Of a stretch of DNA of 64,000 nucleotides, positions 12,598 to 24,700 are shown in pieces (the first letter of the stretch is position 1; every line of letters begins with the position of its first letter). Source of the DNA: Naegleria gruberi. Taxonomy: Eukaryota. The notes beneath the pieces were generated by a model. The model was given only the letters and a program-made list of their open reading frames with translations, was not told the DNA's origin and made no database searches. A program made the translations under genes and the position numbers. The stretch lies in assembly GCA_000004985.1 (NCBI GenBank), contig GG738856.1; one strand, given 5' to 3'.

Positions 12598-13183
12598 TTA
12601 AAGACCACGAAGAAAGCAAAACTTTTCAACTTCTTTAAAGAAACTTCCAATATTTGAATGAGAATAAGCAAATAGAGTTGTTTTGAGCTGTGCCTTTTCA
12701 AACTTGTTTTCTTTGTGTTCAATTTTCTTTCTATTCAACAAGCCAACTCCCCAACACTCCACCAGAATAATTTCATCACCTTCCCTTCTCAAATTATATT
12801 GACTCATAGTAACATGACTCATTATAGTTCCAAAGACCCACTTATCCAAATCAGCCAAATCTATAGTCGGATAACTTTCCTGATGACCTTGAAAATTGGT
12901 ACAGGTAATTTTGGAGTGAGCAGGATTCAATTCAAAAACATAATTGTATTCATCCTGAATAATTACCTCAACCCTCATTGGATATTGACTCGGAACTGAA
13001 TAGGCTTGATACATTGGAGTTGGAATTTGATAAGCTATTGCATATTTGCTACCCTTGAATGAGCCATCTTAATGGATGAATATATTACCAGATTAATGAT
13101 CTTCACCAATCTATATATATTTGATAATACCTACCTTCCTCCCAGACGCTTGTCCATAATCCATCAGATGATGTATTGCCCAT
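12598..13183 (-). CDS. small protein with an N-myristoylation consensus (MGNTSSDG...). Two exons: 13135..13183 and 12598..13067.
   Basis: ATG at 13183. A 67-nt intron at 13068..13134 (GTAGGT...TTAAG) joins it in phase to the 138-aa ORF. Spliced product is about 173 aa. No family recognised. Confidence 0.5.
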
Positions 13184-13353
13184 CTTTCTTGTTTTTTTTT
13201 ATGAAAGGAATTTACGATTAATGATGATGAACTTGAGGAACAATTTAGTGACCAAATTGGGGTGCAACTAAGGCATCAATGAAATTGATCTTCCTTAGTG
13301 ATAATTCTATTGAAGATTTAATTGAGATCTATTTGAGAATAACTGAATGGATT

Positions 13354-14466
13354 TTAGAAACACTTTCTATGAACGATTGATGCTCCAAACTCTTCATATT
13401 CTTCTTTTAATATCCAGGGCAGTGAATCGAAAGATTCTGACGATGCCAAAATTGATCCGCCAATCCATGATGAATATCTTCTATCTGGTAAAGCATGAAC
13501 ATTAATATTGATTGAGGATGGAGCCAAATTAGTTAGCTCCTTATTTAGTCTCTCACTAAAACCCTTAAACAAGGTATTTCCACCTCCTAATCCAATATTA
13601 TTGTATAGTTCTTTTCGAATATCAATTTCACAATATCCTATTGATCGATAAATAATTTCATGAATTCCATTACATTCCATGCCAATCAATGATGGCTGGA
13701 ACATTATTTCAGTACACTGAAATCTTTCACTTGGCCCAATATCAATTTGCGTTCCATCAGGTAATTCAAATTTAGTTTTCTCGTCACTATTCATCTCTAA
13801 TTCAAAATTTAAAGCAACTTCACAGGCATTCTCCTTAATATTATTAATAATTATTTCTTCAGTAATTGAATGTCCACTCTCCATCAATATCTTTTCCAAA
13901 TATTTGCTCACATCTCCACCAGCCAAATCCAGTTCAATCACGGCATTCCTCAGTACATACCCTTCGTAAACAGGAACCACAATTGAGATTCCACCTCCAG
14001 ATTCTAACATCACACCACTCACTTGATTCATACTACACAGTGATAAGACCGCATTAACAGCAATGCAAAATGCAGGAATATTAAACGTTTCAAACAATGT
14101 CTCAGTCATCTTCTCTCTATTCACCTTTGAATTCATTGCCGATTCACTTATCAGCATTGGATGTTCCTCTGGAGAAATTTGCAATTCATTGTAAAGTGAA
14201 TGGTGCAACAACTTTTCAAATCCATCCCAGTCAATAATGATGCTTCTACTAATAGGAAACTTTGGTAATTGATTTCGGAGCCTCCAACTCTCAGGCTCCT
14301 CTCCGACATAAAGATCATGAGTTCCTGGTGTTATTGGAACATTCTTTTCATTGGGTTTTCCAATTATTGAAGGGAAAACAGCTCTCGGAGCATCATCACC
14401 TGCGAAACCAACTTTCATGAAGGAAGATCCATAGTCAATGACGATGGCTTGCACATCTAGTGACAT
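13354..14466 (-). CDS. actin-related protein (actin-family ATPase fold)
   Basis: MSLDVQAIVIDYGSSFMKVGFAGDDAPRAVFPSIIGKP closely resembles the actin N-terminus. C-terminal WIGGSILASS...IVHRKCF is also actin-like. True ATG at 14466; the ORF-track start at 14493 is a TTG. Confidence 0.85.
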   Translation of the reverse strand: MSLDVQAIVIDYGSSFMKVGFAGDDAPRAVFPSIIGKPNEKNVPITPGTHDLYVGEEPESWRLRNQLPKFPISRSIIIDWDGFEKLLHHSLYNELQISPEEHPMLISESAMNSKVNREKMTETLFETFNIPAFCIAVNAVLSLCSMNQVSGVMLESGGGISIVVPVYEGYVLRNAVIELDLAGGDVSKYLEKILMESGHSITEEIIINNIKENACEVALNFELEMNSDEKTKFELPDGTQIDIGPSERFQCTEIMFQPSLIGMECNGIHEIIYRSIGYCEIDIRKELYNNIGLGGGNTLFKGFSERLNKELTNLAPSSININVHALPDRRYSSWIGGSILASSESFDSLPWILKEEYEEFGASIVHRKCF

Positions 14467-14507
14467 TTTTTTCAAGTTCACCAAACTTTGCAAAAAGAAA
14501 ATTATAT

Positions 14508-14579
14508 GCTGACGGACGGGATCGAACCGGCGACCAATGGCTTATTAGACCAACGCTCTACCGACTGAGCTACGCCAGC
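14508..14579 (-). tRNA. tRNA-Ile (anticodon AAT)
   Basis: 72-nt cloverleaf: GCTGGCG acceptor, TAGCTCAGTCGGTAGAGC D-arm, anticodon loop CTAATAA, GGTTCGATCC T-arm, T-run terminator downstream. It lies 42 nt upstream of the Arp ATG on the same strand. Confidence 0.9.
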
Positions 14580-14769
14580 TTCACATTCACACTAAATGTA
14601 TTATTGATAAATGCATAAACGACCATTGTATTCATATCAAAGCTTCAATAATTATTAACCATCATAATATTTCTTATTTTGAAATTTACAAAAAAGGTTT
14701 GTTACAGAACAAGCTTCCTTTTTAGCACTTTAAAAACCCAAAATGTTTCTTTTTAAAACTTAAAAAAAA

Positions 14770-16203
14770 ATGTACAAACACCAACTCTACCTCATCAAGA
14801 AGTCAACAACAACACTTCATCACAACAAAACTCTCGGAACTCTCAGTAATCAAGTGAGAAATGTATCAAACTTTACAACACCACAACTTGTTAAACATTT
14901 AAAAAGACATCATCAACACAGAGGATCGATTGTATTTAATTATGATCAAATTGTGAGTGGAGAACCAAAATACAAACTCTCTCATTCATCAATGGAACCA
15001 CTCTTGGAATATATCTTGTCTAAGAATGGTGCGGATGGACATGTAAATCATCAAGCCTTGTTTTTGGAAATTTCACCAGTCTCTCAAAGTTTATTCGGAT
15101 GTTTTATTCATAATACTAATAGAGGACTTGCTCAGGGTAATGTAGATTTGTGGCATTATCCAAATGCTTCAGAATTTGTGAGTGATGGTTTAAAACAAAG
15201 TGAATATGCTGCTAGAAAGATGGCTTTGACAAATCAATTCTGGGGAGGTGGAAAAGGAATTATTCAAACCAATCCAGATTTGGATTATTCAAATTATGAA
15301 GTTAGAAGAACTGTCATGAACGAGTTTGGAAGTTTTGTGTCATCTTTGAGAGGTGTTTTCTATGCTCAGGAAGGTTTTGGAATTCAACCAAATGATATGG
15401 CTCACATCTTTGAAAAGACTCGTTTCACTACCAGTATTCCTAAAAAGTTTGGAGGTAATGGAAATATTTCTCCATCGTTTTCAAGCAAGATTGTAATTAA
15501 TACAATGGAATCTGCCTTGTCACATGTAAATTTGGGAAATTTGTCTGGTAAAATTGTTGCCATTCAAGGATTTAATAAGGAAACTGAAGGCATCATTTCG
15601 AGCCTCTTGAGAGAAAAACATTCCCTTAAAGTTATTCTCACAGAAACTGATCCACTCAAAATTAAGACTGTCAAGGGTTTGTTTGCTGAGGAAGTTAACG
15701 ATCAAAGATTGGATGTGAGATTGGTCTTTGAAGATCAAGATTCAATTCTCAATTTGGACGTAGACATTTTATATCCTTCATCTGGAACTATCTTTAATTC
15801 TTCCAACATTCCTCTCGTTAATGCAAAGATTATTTGTGGAGTTTCTCAATCTCAATTTGAAGATGCTTCTAATGAAAGACAATTGAGAGAAAATGGTGTC
15901 ATTCTCATTCCTTCTCTCCTAACCAAAACCTCAAACTTTTCAGCAGTGAATGAAATTTATGGTATCATTCCAAACAATGATCCAGAAATTACCAAAATGT
16001 TTTCCAAAGATTATGAATATTCCATTTACAATACTGTCAAGAAAGTTATCGAATTATCAGAGCAAAACAAAATCTCCACCCAAAATGCTGCTTTCGAATT
16101 GGCTGATAAGAAAATTAATGAACCCCATCCATTCATTCCACTCAGAGGTTCTCAAATCATTCACTCACTTGTTTCTGATGAATGGCATTTGCAATTACAA
16201 TAA
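14770..16203 (+). CDS. Glu/Leu/Phe/Val dehydrogenase family protein (divergent, with N-terminal extension)
   Basis: MALTNQFWGGGKGIIQTNPDLDYSNYEVRR matches the ELFV-dehydrogenase catalytic region (NALTGLPFGGGKGG...DP...E.RR). A Rossmann-like GKIVAIQGFN lies downstream. Confidence 0.6.
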   Translation: MYKHQLYLIKKSTTTLHHNKTLGTLSNQVRNVSNFTTPQLVKHLKRHHQHRGSIVFNYDQIVSGEPKYKLSHSSMEPLLEYILSKNGADGHVNHQALFLEISPVSQSLFGCFIHNTNRGLAQGNVDLWHYPNASEFVSDGLKQSEYAARKMALTNQFWGGGKGIIQTNPDLDYSNYEVRRTVMNEFGSFVSSLRGVFYAQEGFGIQPNDMAHIFEKTRFTTSIPKKFGGNGNISPSFSSKIVINTMESALSHVNLGNLSGKIVAIQGFNKETEGIISSLLREKHSLKVILTETDPLKIKTVKGLFAEEVNDQRLDVRLVFEDQDSILNLDVDILYPSSGTIFNSSNIPLVNAKIICGVSQSQFEDASNERQLRENGVILIPSLLTKTSNFSAVNEIYGIIPNNDPEITKMFSKDYEYSIYNTVKKVIELSEQNKISTQNAAFELADKKINEPHPFIPLRGSQIIHSLVSDEWHLQLQ

Positions 16204-16255
16204 TTCTGTTCCATCCATCCACAATAAAAACTTGTATTGAGAATTGTTAGATGAT

Positions 16256-16906
16256 ATGATTACATGCAAGTGGTGGTTACAAAGTTCATCCTCATTAAAA
16301 TTCCAAAAAAAAATGATAATTCCACATCCCGAAAGTCAACCTGATGAGATTATTGAAAATATTCTTAATTTTCTTCCTCCAGAAAGTTTATTGAAAGTTT
16401 CGTCTACTTGCAAACAATTTAGAAGAATTTGGAAAGAAACTCCTAACGGAATTGTGTATAATATGATCATTGAATTGAACTATTCCTTTAAGAAACTATC
16501 CTATTCTATGAAAGAGCAACTAGATGTTACAAAATTTGCAAAAGAAACTATTTGTAGAATATCAGAAAATCTAGAAAACAAACACAAAGAAACACGACAC
16601 TATGAATTTATTTCTAAATTTGGAGAAATGGATCTGTCAGAAAATTTAAAAAGTGCCATTTCAAAAATTGACAGAGTTGATTATGGAGAAGAGTCAAAAT
16701 ATTATGATTGGAGAAATGGAATGACACATGCAATGGAAATATCCTTTGGTCAACTAGGAATTGTGAGATATTGGGAATGGGAATACCAACAAGGTTGTCA
16801 TTGGGACTCGAACGAATCAAGTGTCATGAATAACAAGTTGAAAGATTTGAATTTAACAAATGATGACTACTTTATTCGAATATATTACAAAATATTGCAA
16901 TGCTAA
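16256..16906 (+). CDS. F-box domain protein
   Basis: IIENILNFLPPESLLKVSSTCKQFRRIW is F-box-like. First in-frame ATG at 16256. Confidence 0.55.
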   Translation: MITCKWWLQSSSSLKFQKKMIIPHPESQPDEIIENILNFLPPESLLKVSSTCKQFRRIWKETPNGIVYNMIIELNYSFKKLSYSMKEQLDVTKFAKETICRISENLENKHKETRHYEFISKFGEMDLSENLKSAISKIDRVDYGEESKYYDWRNGMTHAMEISFGQLGIVRYWEWEYQQGCHWDSNESSVMNNKLKDLNLTNDDYFIRIYYKILQC

Positions 16907-17315
16907 AACATGTAGTCTTGAAATTTCTAGATTTGAAATTTTGGGAGGAGGTGGAATCTCTGTTTTACAATCATGAATTGGTCTTTAATTTTAGTGATAT
17001 TTTGTAAATTTAGTTTTCTGAAATATTCGAATAGGATGTTTCTTCTTAATTTTTCCCAATTTCGTCTTTTATTGGAACAGTTGACGACAAGTATTTAACT
17101 CTCATTTCCAATAAAACAAATATTCAAATCAGTCAAGTGTTTCATTTCGCTAACGTGTTTAGCTCCTTCACTTCCACCAATATCAAGCAGAACTCATTTC
17201 ACTCAAATATTTAACTCCTTATAGAGCAGTCTGCAAAGACCTCGAGATTGGTAGAGGAAACTCATATTAAATTATGGAATATAAAAGTATATTATGTTAA
17301 TATTACTATGAGAGA

Positions 17316-18433
17316 TTAAATATAGAATTCATTAAGTGATGTTAATAATTTTGCTTCATCACTAATTCGATTGGCATAAACATAGAGTGATGTTAATTGT
17401 TTCATTCCACTTATGAACTTGGCTCCTTCATCACCAATTTCATTGTAACATATATCAAGTGATGTTAATTGTTTCATTTCACTTATCAATTTGGCTCCTT
17501 CATCAAGAATTATATTGTTAGAAATATTAAGTGATGTTAATTGTTTCATTCCACTGATGAATTCGGCTCCTTCATCATAAATTAGATTGTTAGAAATATC
17601 AAGTGATGTTAATTGTTTCATTTCACTTATGAATTTGGCTCCTTCAACACCCATTGGATTGCTAGAAATATCAAGTGATGTTAATTGTTTAATCTCGCTT
17701 AGATATTTGGCTCCTTTATCATCAATTCCACTCTTATAAATAGTAAGTGATGTTAATTGTTTCATTTCACTTATCAATTTGGCTCCTTCATCACTAATTT
17801 CATTCTTAGAAATATTAAGTGATGTTAATTGTTTCATTCCACTTATGAGTTTGGCTCCTTCAACACCAATTTCATTCTTAGAAATATCAAGTGATGTTAA
17901 TTGTTTCATTTCACTTATAGATTTGACTCCTTCATCATAAATTAGATTTCCAGAAATATCAAGTGATGTTAATTGTTTCATTTCACTTATTAATTTGGCT
18001 CCTTCAACACCAATTCCATTCTTAAAAATATTAAGTGATGTTAATTGTTTCATTTCACTTATTAATTTGGCTCCTTCTACACCAATTTGATTGTCAGAAA
18101 TATCAAGTGATGTCAATTGTTTAATCTCACTTATGAATTTGCCTCCTTCTACACCAATTTCATTGACACCAATACTAAGTGATGTTAATTGTTTCATTTC
18201 ACTTATGTATTTGGCTCCTTCCACACCAATTTCATTGTAATATATATAAAGTGATGTTAATTGTTTCATTTCACTTATGTATTTGGATCCTTCTACACCA
18301 ATTCGATTATTACATATATTAAGTGATGTTAATTGTTTCATTTCACTTATGGGTTTGGCTCCTTCATCACCAATTCGATTGTTAGAAATATCAAGTGATG
18401 TTAATTGTTTCATTTCACTTATGAATTTAGCTC
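17316..18433 (-). CDS. RNI-type leucine-rich-repeat protein (24-aa repeat ISEMKQLTSLDISNNRIGDEGAK). 5' partial, running into the assembly gap.
   Basis: At least 15 tandem 72-nt/24-aa LRR units. The ORF continues into the N run at 18434. Confidence 0.75.
17330..18433. repeat. tandem 72-nt coding repeat (LRR units)
   Basis: The motif agtgatgttaattgtttcat recurs with period 72 nt. Confidence 0.8.
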
Positions 18434-19088
18434 NNNNNNNNNNNNNNNNNNNNNNNNNNNNNNNNNNNNNNNNNNNNNNNNNNNNNNNNNNNNNNNNNNN
18501 NNNNNNNNNNNNNNNNNNNNNNNNNNNNNNNNNNNNNNNNNNNNNNNNNNNNNNNNNNNNNNNNNNNNNNNNNNNNNNNNNNNNNNNNNNNNNNNNNNNN
18601 NNNNNNNNNNNNNNNNNNNNNNNNNNNNNNNNNNNNNNNNNNNNNNNNNNNNNNNNNNNNNNNNNNNNNNNNNNNNNNNNNNNNNNNNNNNNNNNNNNNN
18701 NNNNNNNNNNNNNNNNNNNNNNNNNNNNNNNNNNNNNNNNNNNNNNNNNNNNNNNNNNNNNNNNNNNNNNNNNNNNNNNNNNNNNNNNNNNNNNNNNNNN
18801 NNNNNNNNNNNNNNNNNNNNNNNNNNNNNNNNNNNNNNNNNNNNNNNNNNNNNNNNNNNNNNNNNNNNNNNNNNNNNNNNNNNNNNNNNNNNNNNNNNNN
18901 NNNNNNNNNNNNNNNNNNNNNNNNNNNNNNNNNNNNNNNNNNNNNNNNNNNNNNNNNNNNNNNNNNNNNNNNNNNNNNNNNNNNNNNNNNNNNNNNNNNN
19001 NNNNNNNNNNNNNNNNNNNNNNNNNNNNNNNNNNNNNNNNNNNNNNNNNNNNNNNNNNNNNNNNNNNNNNNNNNNNNNNNNNNNNNNN
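18434..19088. other. assembly gap (655 N)
   Basis: Run of n. Confidence 1.
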
Positions 19089-19148
19089 AGGCTTTGGAAA
19101 ATAACAAGGAATTTTAGTGAAATCAAATGAAAATACAGAATTGGAGTT

Positions 19149-20486
19149 TTAACAAAAGTAGAAATTTATCAAATCTGGAAGTTTTGAAAGCAATTCCAAT
19201 GAATCATCATTCACTGGATTGTTACAAATATCCAATTGAGTTAATTGATGCATTTGAGCAAGTGATTCAGCTCCATCATTTCCAACTCTATTGTCATTTA
19301 TCAAAAGTTCAGTCAATTTGGACATTCCAATAATTAAACCCGTTCCAATATCACCAATTTCATTCTCTCCAATGTCAAGATATAATAATTGGTCCAATTT
19401 ACTTATTGACTTCATTCCCTCATCGCCAATTTCATTGGTATTGATATCTAATTTTGTGAGTTGACTCAATTTGCTTAATGACTTGGCACCTTCTCCGCTA
19501 ATTCGATTATGAGAAATGTCAAGTTCAGTCAATTGTTCCATTATTCCAATATAGTGAGCTCCTTCGTTGCCAAGTACATTGTATCGAATATTAAGTTTAG
19601 TCAATTGATACATTTCACTAATAGCTTTGGATCCATAAGAGCCAATTTCATTATGACTAATTTCTAAGGTGGTCAATTGCTTCATCTCACTAATCAACCT
19701 TGCTCCTTCATCTCCAATTTTACAAGAGCTGATATTAAGGCAAATTAAATTATTGATGTGAAAAAGTGATTTAATGCCCTCAACTCCAATGTGATTTTCA
19801 GAAATTGAAAGATTGGTCAATTTGGTCATCCCACCAATATAACTGGCACCTTCATTGCCTATAAAATTGTTACTGATGTCGAGATCAGTTAATTGAGTCA
19901 TTTCACATATTGATTTGGTTCCTCCTGCATTGATATTGTTTCTGCTAATATTTAGTTTGGTCAATTGAGTCATTTCTCTAATAATTTTTGAACCTCTTTC
20001 AAGTAATTGATTATTGCTGATATCAAGGTCGGCCAAATGAGCGAGATTGCTTATCATATTGGCTCCCTCTGCATTTACCAACCATGAACTAACATCAAGT
20101 TTAGTTAATTTTCCACACATTCGAATAAAATTGCACAACTTTACAGTATCGCTAACTAATGTACCTATTCCAATTTTCATACTCGAAAAACATTCCAAGA
20201 ATTGACTCTTTCTCATCAAGTCAAACATTTCATCATTCCAATGATCCTTGTCAATGTAGTACTGAAATTCAATTGACAGTTTGGCATGCCGTTTAATACC
20301 TGCCATCCACTGCTTGGAAATTAGTACACAACTAGAGAGTATAAATTTCCAATCTCCGTTCAAATAGTTAATTATTTCATAGCAAATGTCATCAGAGAAT
20401 ATTTGATGGCTATCGGAAGGAATTTCAATCTCATAAAACATCTGATGTTTATCAAAAGCAAAATCTTCGGCTGGTAATTGATACAT
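19149..20486 (-). CDS. F-box/LRR (RNI-type) protein
   Basis: N-terminal F-box-like IFSDDICYEIINYL...LISKQW followed by about 12 LRRs with the GxEGAK motif. ATG at 20486. Confidence 0.8.
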   Translation of the reverse strand: MYQLPAEDFAFDKHQMFYEIEIPSDSHQIFSDDICYEIINYLNGDWKFILSSCVLISKQWMAGIKRHAKLSIEFQYYIDKDHWNDEMFDLMRKSQFLECFSSMKIGIGTLVSDTVKLCNFIRMCGKLTKLDVSSWLVNAEGANMISNLAHLADLDISNNQLLERGSKIIREMTQLTKLNISRNNINAGGTKSICEMTQLTDLDISNNFIGNEGASYIGGMTKLTNLSISENHIGVEGIKSLFHINNLICLNISSCKIGDEGARLISEMKQLTTLEISHNEIGSYGSKAISEMYQLTKLNIRYNVLGNEGAHYIGIMEQLTELDISHNRISGEGAKSLSKLSQLTKLDINTNEIGDEGMKSISKLDQLLYLDIGENEIGDIGTGLIIGMSKLTELLINDNRVGNDGAESLAQMHQLTQLDICNNPVNDDSLELLSKLPDLINFYFC

Positions 20487-20530
20487 TTTTTTGAATCTCT
20501 AACAATATTTGTAAAGTAGCACAAATCATT

Positions 20531-21738
20531 CTAGTATTTATTTGAAAAGTAAGAAGAATTGGTGACATCACTTGGTTTTGGTCTATCTTCAGGATTCTTC
20601 TTTAACATTTGCATGACCATATCTACCAATTCAATGGAACAATTTGGAGAGCACTTGATAATATTTTCTCTGACAAGATTTTCTACATCCTTTTCGCTGG
20701 ACATGAGATTGAGATTGAGTTGACGTCTTTGGTGTTCCTTCAAATAGAGTTGAGTAATGCAAGTTTGTCTATCACCAGTCAGGCATTGATAGGCAGTTAC
20801 ACCAAGAGCGAAAATGTCTGTTTGGAAACAATTCTTACCTTGAACAATTGCTTCCCAACTCATGTAGATTGGTGTTCCAGCAAAGCCCATTTGAGTACTG
20901 AGTAGAGTATTTGCATCTCCTGTGACCAATGCTTGACTCAAATTAATATCACTACTGTCTGAAACTCTGGAAATGTTTGCATTATTACTAGTTGCTCCAC
21001 TAGTGGAATTTCTACCTTTCTTTGCCAAACCAAAATCACCCAATACAATATGAATCTGAGAACGGTGATAGTCAAAACTCTTGATAAATATGTTGGAAGG
21101 CTTAATATCTCTGTGAATCATATTGTACTCAGTGTTCATATAATCCAAAGCACTGCAAATTTGATAAATTAAGTGTGAGACGAGTGTTTCTGATAAAACG
21201 GTTTGGCCCAAGTAGCACTGATTGTTCATAAATTGTTCAAAATCTCCCAACTCGTAATAATCCATCTCCATACAAAGCATGTGTTGATTTGCATCAATAA
21301 AAACATCATTCACTCGTACAATATGTGGGTGTACCATTCTTAAAAGGTGTGTGGCTTCTCTGAGAGTTTGGTTAAGTTCATTCAAATCAGAGAAACGAAT
21401 AAGTTTGATGGCTTTCCATTGGAAGTTTTGCTTGGTATCTTGACCCTTGAAAACCAAACCAAATGAACCCTCACCAATTTTCATCAAATTAACAAATCTA
21501 TCAATGAGCATGGATTCACTTCCATTTAGTCTATTTTGAGAAGCATTACTGCTTAATTGAAGATTATTACCTGAAGAATCGTCCATCATACTCTTAGTTA
21601 GAGTCATGGCAGTTGAAACTTGAGAAATATTGAGGAAAGTTCTGATATTACCAGATCTATTAGAATATGGATCACTGCCACTCACAGGAGTTCCAACAAG
21701 ATTCAACTCAAAATTTTTATCCACAGAAAGAGTAAGAN
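20531..21738 (-). CDS. Ser/Thr protein kinase (5' end lost in the gap)
   Basis: GEGSFGLVFKG, AIK, HRDIKPSNIFI, GDFGLAKK and a SWEA-type activation segment. The N-terminus runs into the N gap. Confidence 0.85.
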
Positions 21739-21787
21739 NNNNNNNNNNNNNNNNNNNNNNNNNNNNNNNNNNNNNNNNNNNNNNNNN
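21739..21787. other. assembly gap (49 N)
   Basis: Run of n. Confidence 1.
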
Positions 21788-24700
21788 GTAAAACAAGCAC
21801 AGGTATCAACACCTACGCATAATCCACTACCACTGCAAGCTGATGGATCATTGGCAGATAGTCCAAAACATGAAAAATATTGACAATTTTCACCTGTATA
21901 GCCAGCATTACACATACACAAGTCATTGGCAACACAAGTTCCATTTGCACTACATACTGATGAGTAGCTCCTATCAAGTCCACTACATTTAACTGATGGG
22001 CAAACATTTGGGATGTATGGCGAAGTGAGAACTACGCTGTGGAAAGCTCCTGCTGCAATAGATATGGCAATTCTTGGAGAGTTGTTACTTCCAAACTTGA
22101 ATTCTGCAGATGTAGCTGTCTTGTCGAGTGAAAATCCCAATTGACCATAGTCATTGTTGCCGTAAGCATAAACCATTCCTGTTGAAGTTAATATGACAGT
22201 ATGGAAAGCTCCAGATTGAATATCAGCAATACCTCCGTATGCGTATGGAAAGTTTACAGCAGTCGGAATGGTTACAATAGAACCACCACCATAGAGTGGA
22301 CCCAGTTGTTGGTAATCATTTCTTCCAAAAGCAAGTAACGTTCCATTCCTAGTTAAAATATGTGAATGATAAAAGCCTGCATAAACAGCAACTGGATTAT
22401 CAATTGGAATTTTGATAGGAGACGATGATTTGTCAATACCACTAACACCCAATTGACCATATGTGTTATCGCCAAAAGCAAAAGCTCCCTTTTCTGTTAG
22501 TACTAAAGAATGCTTTGCGCCACAAGAGGTTTGAAAAATCTTACCATTGGCTTGTGAGTTCCAGTTGACCTTTACAAGTTCTGGAGAATTTACCTCATTG
22601 CCAACTCCCAATTGACCATTACCGTTAAATCCAGCTGCATAGAGATTGTTGTTATCATCAGTTACAAGAATATGGTAAGCTCCACAAGTTACATTGGCAA
22701 TAACAACCCCTTTTGGTATTCCATATGGAGGATTTTGGGTAATATAACCACTTGTACCGAGCATGATGAGCTCACTGGTAGAATCTCTAATAGTGAACGC
22801 ATTTTGTAAAGTTGCACAAATCATTCTAGAAGGACTCCTCAATAACTCAATATTAGTTGGGCTGTAGAGCTTCTCTGGTGCGCCATCAATTCCGAACATG
22901 TTGTTGTAATTTAGACCAGAAACAAATGTTCCATTCAAAGATGCAATAAATGTTTGATATGCACCAGTACTAATACTATAATTCATACTACTGCCAAAGT
23001 CCACAACTGCAAATGCGTCTTGAGCCAAATCTGTCGTATATCTAAGGGATCTAGATGATGAGGCGCTTGTAACACCCAATTGACCCATATTGTTCATACC
23101 AAATGCATAAAGCTTGGACTGATTAGCAATAAGGAACGTTGTAAAGTCTGCTGCCTCAATATCTGATACATCACCTCTTACAAAGTTCAATTTTGAAGAA
23201 TATGAAACACCCCTCAAACCAAGTTGGCCGTAGTAATTTGAACCAACAGTATAGGTAGTATTGTCTTGCATGAGAACAACCAAGTGTCTTCTACCACAAA
23301 CCATCTTTAAAACTTGCTTTTGGATAAGAATAGGATCGATTAAAAGTCCAATACCATTAACTCCTCTAAAAGTATTATCAGAAATCCAAATAGTATTATT
23401 GTTCAAAAGAACCGCAAAGAACTTGTCACAAGCCAAAATCTTTGTAATACCGCTGGAAAAATAAAATCTGTCAAGATAATAAGCAGATACAGTGGCCTCA
23501 AACTTTGGGTCTGGCTTTTGGATGCTAAAGCTATCCTTGAAACCTCCAATGGCACTGGTTGATAAATTGACACCAGAAAATGAAATAACCTCTAAAAAGT
23601 TGGAATTTCTAATAATATTTGGATATTTAAAAGCACTCTCTAACTGGCCAAAGAAAATCAAAGAACCTTCATCAGTTAGCATTATAGTAAAGTATCTGGA
23701 TGCTTGAACAGAAATAATGTTTGGCTTCTTTTGTTTTCCCGCAGGACCTTCAATATATCCATTTCTCAAATCAAACTGCAATGGAACGGCTGTTTTGGAA
23801 ACAGGTATAGTTTGAGATGTTCCCAATAACCTTAAAGTGATATTTCCCATTTGTACATTAGCGTTTGATCCAAAGAATGTGAAAAAGTAATTATTGTGAA
23901 CAACAACTGTGTGGTCAGCTCCAGTATCAATAAGAGAAATATTCTTGAGTGGTAATTGATTCCAAGTACCAGCCTTTGTATCTAAACCAAGTTGATATTT
24001 GTTGTTTCTACCGCATGTATAAAGTTGTTTTTCGTTTTTAGTCACTACAACTGTGAACCCGTCACCAGTTAACACATTTCCAATGTTGTCAAAACTTGGT
24101 GCTTGTGCTGTTTGTGGAATTTTGTTTGGTTTCTTTCTAATATCCTTTTTGGTTAGTTCTGGAACTGTCGAAGTGGAACTCTTATCCAAGTCAATAATGT
24201 CGTTATCACTTGGGTCAACCATCACACTTTGATTCAATTCGGTTGATAAACCTAACGAATTATCGTCGTTTAACCCAAATCCAAACAAGTACTTTGTATC
24301 CTTTTCTTCATCACCAATAACAACTGTGTGAGTATAAGAAGTGGCTACCTTCCTCACTCTAATAGTATAATCATCATCACTGATCAGTGCTCTTGGTGGT
24401 TCTTGTGGCTTTCCATTGTTTCCATTGCCATTTCCGTTGCCATTTCCATTGTTTCCATTACCATTTCCATCAGCTATTGTTGTTCTTCCTTTGGATCTTG
24501 TTGTCAGTGAAGGAAAGATAACTAGCCAAGGTTCCAGCACAATATAATTGGCAAAAGTACTAGTGGTTGGTAGTGTAACAACAGTGCCATTACCCAATGC
24601 ACCTGATGTTGGTAAACCAGCTGATAGTATTTGAAAAGTTTGGATAGCTGGATATGGACTACAAGTTACAGGATATGAAGAAAATAATGGTCGTGGCATT

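Noticed and set aside
17316-18433. Highly regular 72-nt direct repeats that could be mistaken for a CRISPR array or satellite
   Set aside because: The repeats are in-frame and encode canonical 24-aa RNI-type LRR units inside F-box/LRR genes. The genome is eukaryotic, and there are no spacer-like unique segments.
18277-19130. Four long 'ORFs' made almost entirely of X (18277..19104+, 18405..19130+, 18419..19126-, 18427..19107-), and similar X-containing stretches at 21739-21787 and 38810-38859
   Set aside because: They are translations of N runs in assembly gaps. Only the flanking real sequence was used.
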